Positions 62,915-64,000 of a DNA stretch of 64,000 nucleotides are shown one piece after another. This stretch comes from Nitrospirales bacterium (GTDB lineage Bacteria; Nitrospirota; Nitrospiria; Nitrospirales; UBA8639). The notes under the pieces are model-generated. The model saw only the letters and a list, made by a program, of their open reading frames with translations, ran no database searches and had not been told where the DNA came from. The translations under genes were made by a program, and so were the position numbers. How positions within the stretch are numbered: the first letter of the stretch is position 1; each line of letters starts with the position of its first letter. The DNA lies in assembly GCA_965203295.1 (NCBI GenBank), contig CBDBCZ010000017.1:1760001-1824000 (forward strand), written 5' to 3'.

Positions 62915-63840
62915 TAACATGTTTTCGCTCATGTTCAATCCCTGGAACATTTTGAAGTGCTGTAGCTTCGCACTGAATTTGCCTTCTACTGCCTTCAGGA
63001 TTTCAGCTCCTTTCATCTTGTCGGCTTGCTGCCCTTTCAGTTTACCACCTTCAAAAAGGGTGAATACCCTTTGCATCAGTGGTATACCCTGGGGGGCTGT
63101 GTGGCCATTTGCAAGGCAGTCTCAATGTATGCAGTGCTCTGCATATGTGAACAAGCCATAAATGAGTATGAGTACGACAGTCACGATGGCAGCAGTTACA
63201 AGATGTATACATGTAACAAGTCATTATTCCACATTACTACTTACCGTTGCAGGACTGGACAAATAAGCCATGCACTCGGTCTTCCAATCATGATATTTTT
63301 GTGTGTTATAGCGTGGTATGTTGGGACTGTGAGACCCATCATCTGCCATGTTATCGTCTGCGAAATGAATAAACATCAGCCTCCGACATGTTGCAGCAAC
63401 TTCTGCAAATGATGTTGCTCGCTGCATTTTGTTGACTTCATTGTGCTGATTAGCCAGCCGCAATATGGCATTCCTGCTCAGGCCAGACCCATATATGGCG
63501 CACTTTCGGGTTAGGTTTTTCTTTTTCCCCTCATTAATCTTTAGGATGGCAAGATATCGATGCACTCCGCCGACCACTTGAAAGGTGTAGGAGCTTATCT
63601 CACGCATGTGAAAGTCATCCTTGGTCGAGGATGCCATCACTACAAGGGGTGCAGTTAGCTCCTCTTGATTCTCTTTCTGGATCTCCTCAGCCAAGAAGTC
63701 TACGTACCAGTCCTTAACCTCTCGCACTTTCATGATGTCTGCTGGTTCACATAGCTGGTCAACTGGTATGTTTTAACAAGACAAAATAGATCTGATTCAC
63801 CAAATGAGCCAAACCAATCTTGTATCCAACTACTCATATG
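62915..63840 (-). pseudogene. Spliced ParB/Sulfiredoxin-like domain gene, frameshifted
   Basis: IPVDQL...VREV...APLVV...FQVVGGVHRYLAI...LANQHN (GxHR and downstream N motifs); donor gtaagt at 63244, acceptor at 63139; single-base frameshifts near 63772 and 63080. Confidence 0.7.
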
Positions 63841-64000
63841 CTGTCACCACATACAATTTTGTAACATGGAAAGTGGGGAAGGGCGGGCAGAACGATCTTG
63901 CCAGCAATTAAATGGGCATAATAAGTACGCCCACCCTGAGAAAATGATAATGATGTCACTTTTGTTATAGTTTTGTGGAAACTACATAATCTAATTTGCT

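Overview
Eukaryotic, intron-containing, transposon-rich DNA. It is probably from an invertebrate animal (a sponge-like repeat landscape is my impression only). Positions 1-38.8 kb hold the 3' part of a + strand ankyrin-repeat gene that the ORF track misses. It has up to 21 exons, and almost all are phase 0-0 modules of 96-102 bp, each encoding exactly one ankyrin repeat. The gene grew by exon-plus-intron duplication and by a block duplication (exons 1-6 vs 10-15). Amino-acid variation between copies concentrates at ankyrin ligand-contact positions, there are signs of gene conversion, and one internal exon carries a TGA. The introns and the 39-53 kb interval contain many MITEs (pogo, piggyBac, P-like, foldback, Helitron-like), a truncated LINE, and three decayed copies of one p38-MAPK activation-loop exon. 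From 53.7 kb come a 50-bp and a 63-bp minisatellite, then a decayed minus-strand cluster of spliced genes: a ParB/Srx-like domain, a Cys-rich THAP9/P-transposase-like N-terminal region, and two P-loop helicase-like paralogs. I infer these are remnants of a large cargo-carrying mobile element. All calls come from reading the sequence; no database searches were run.
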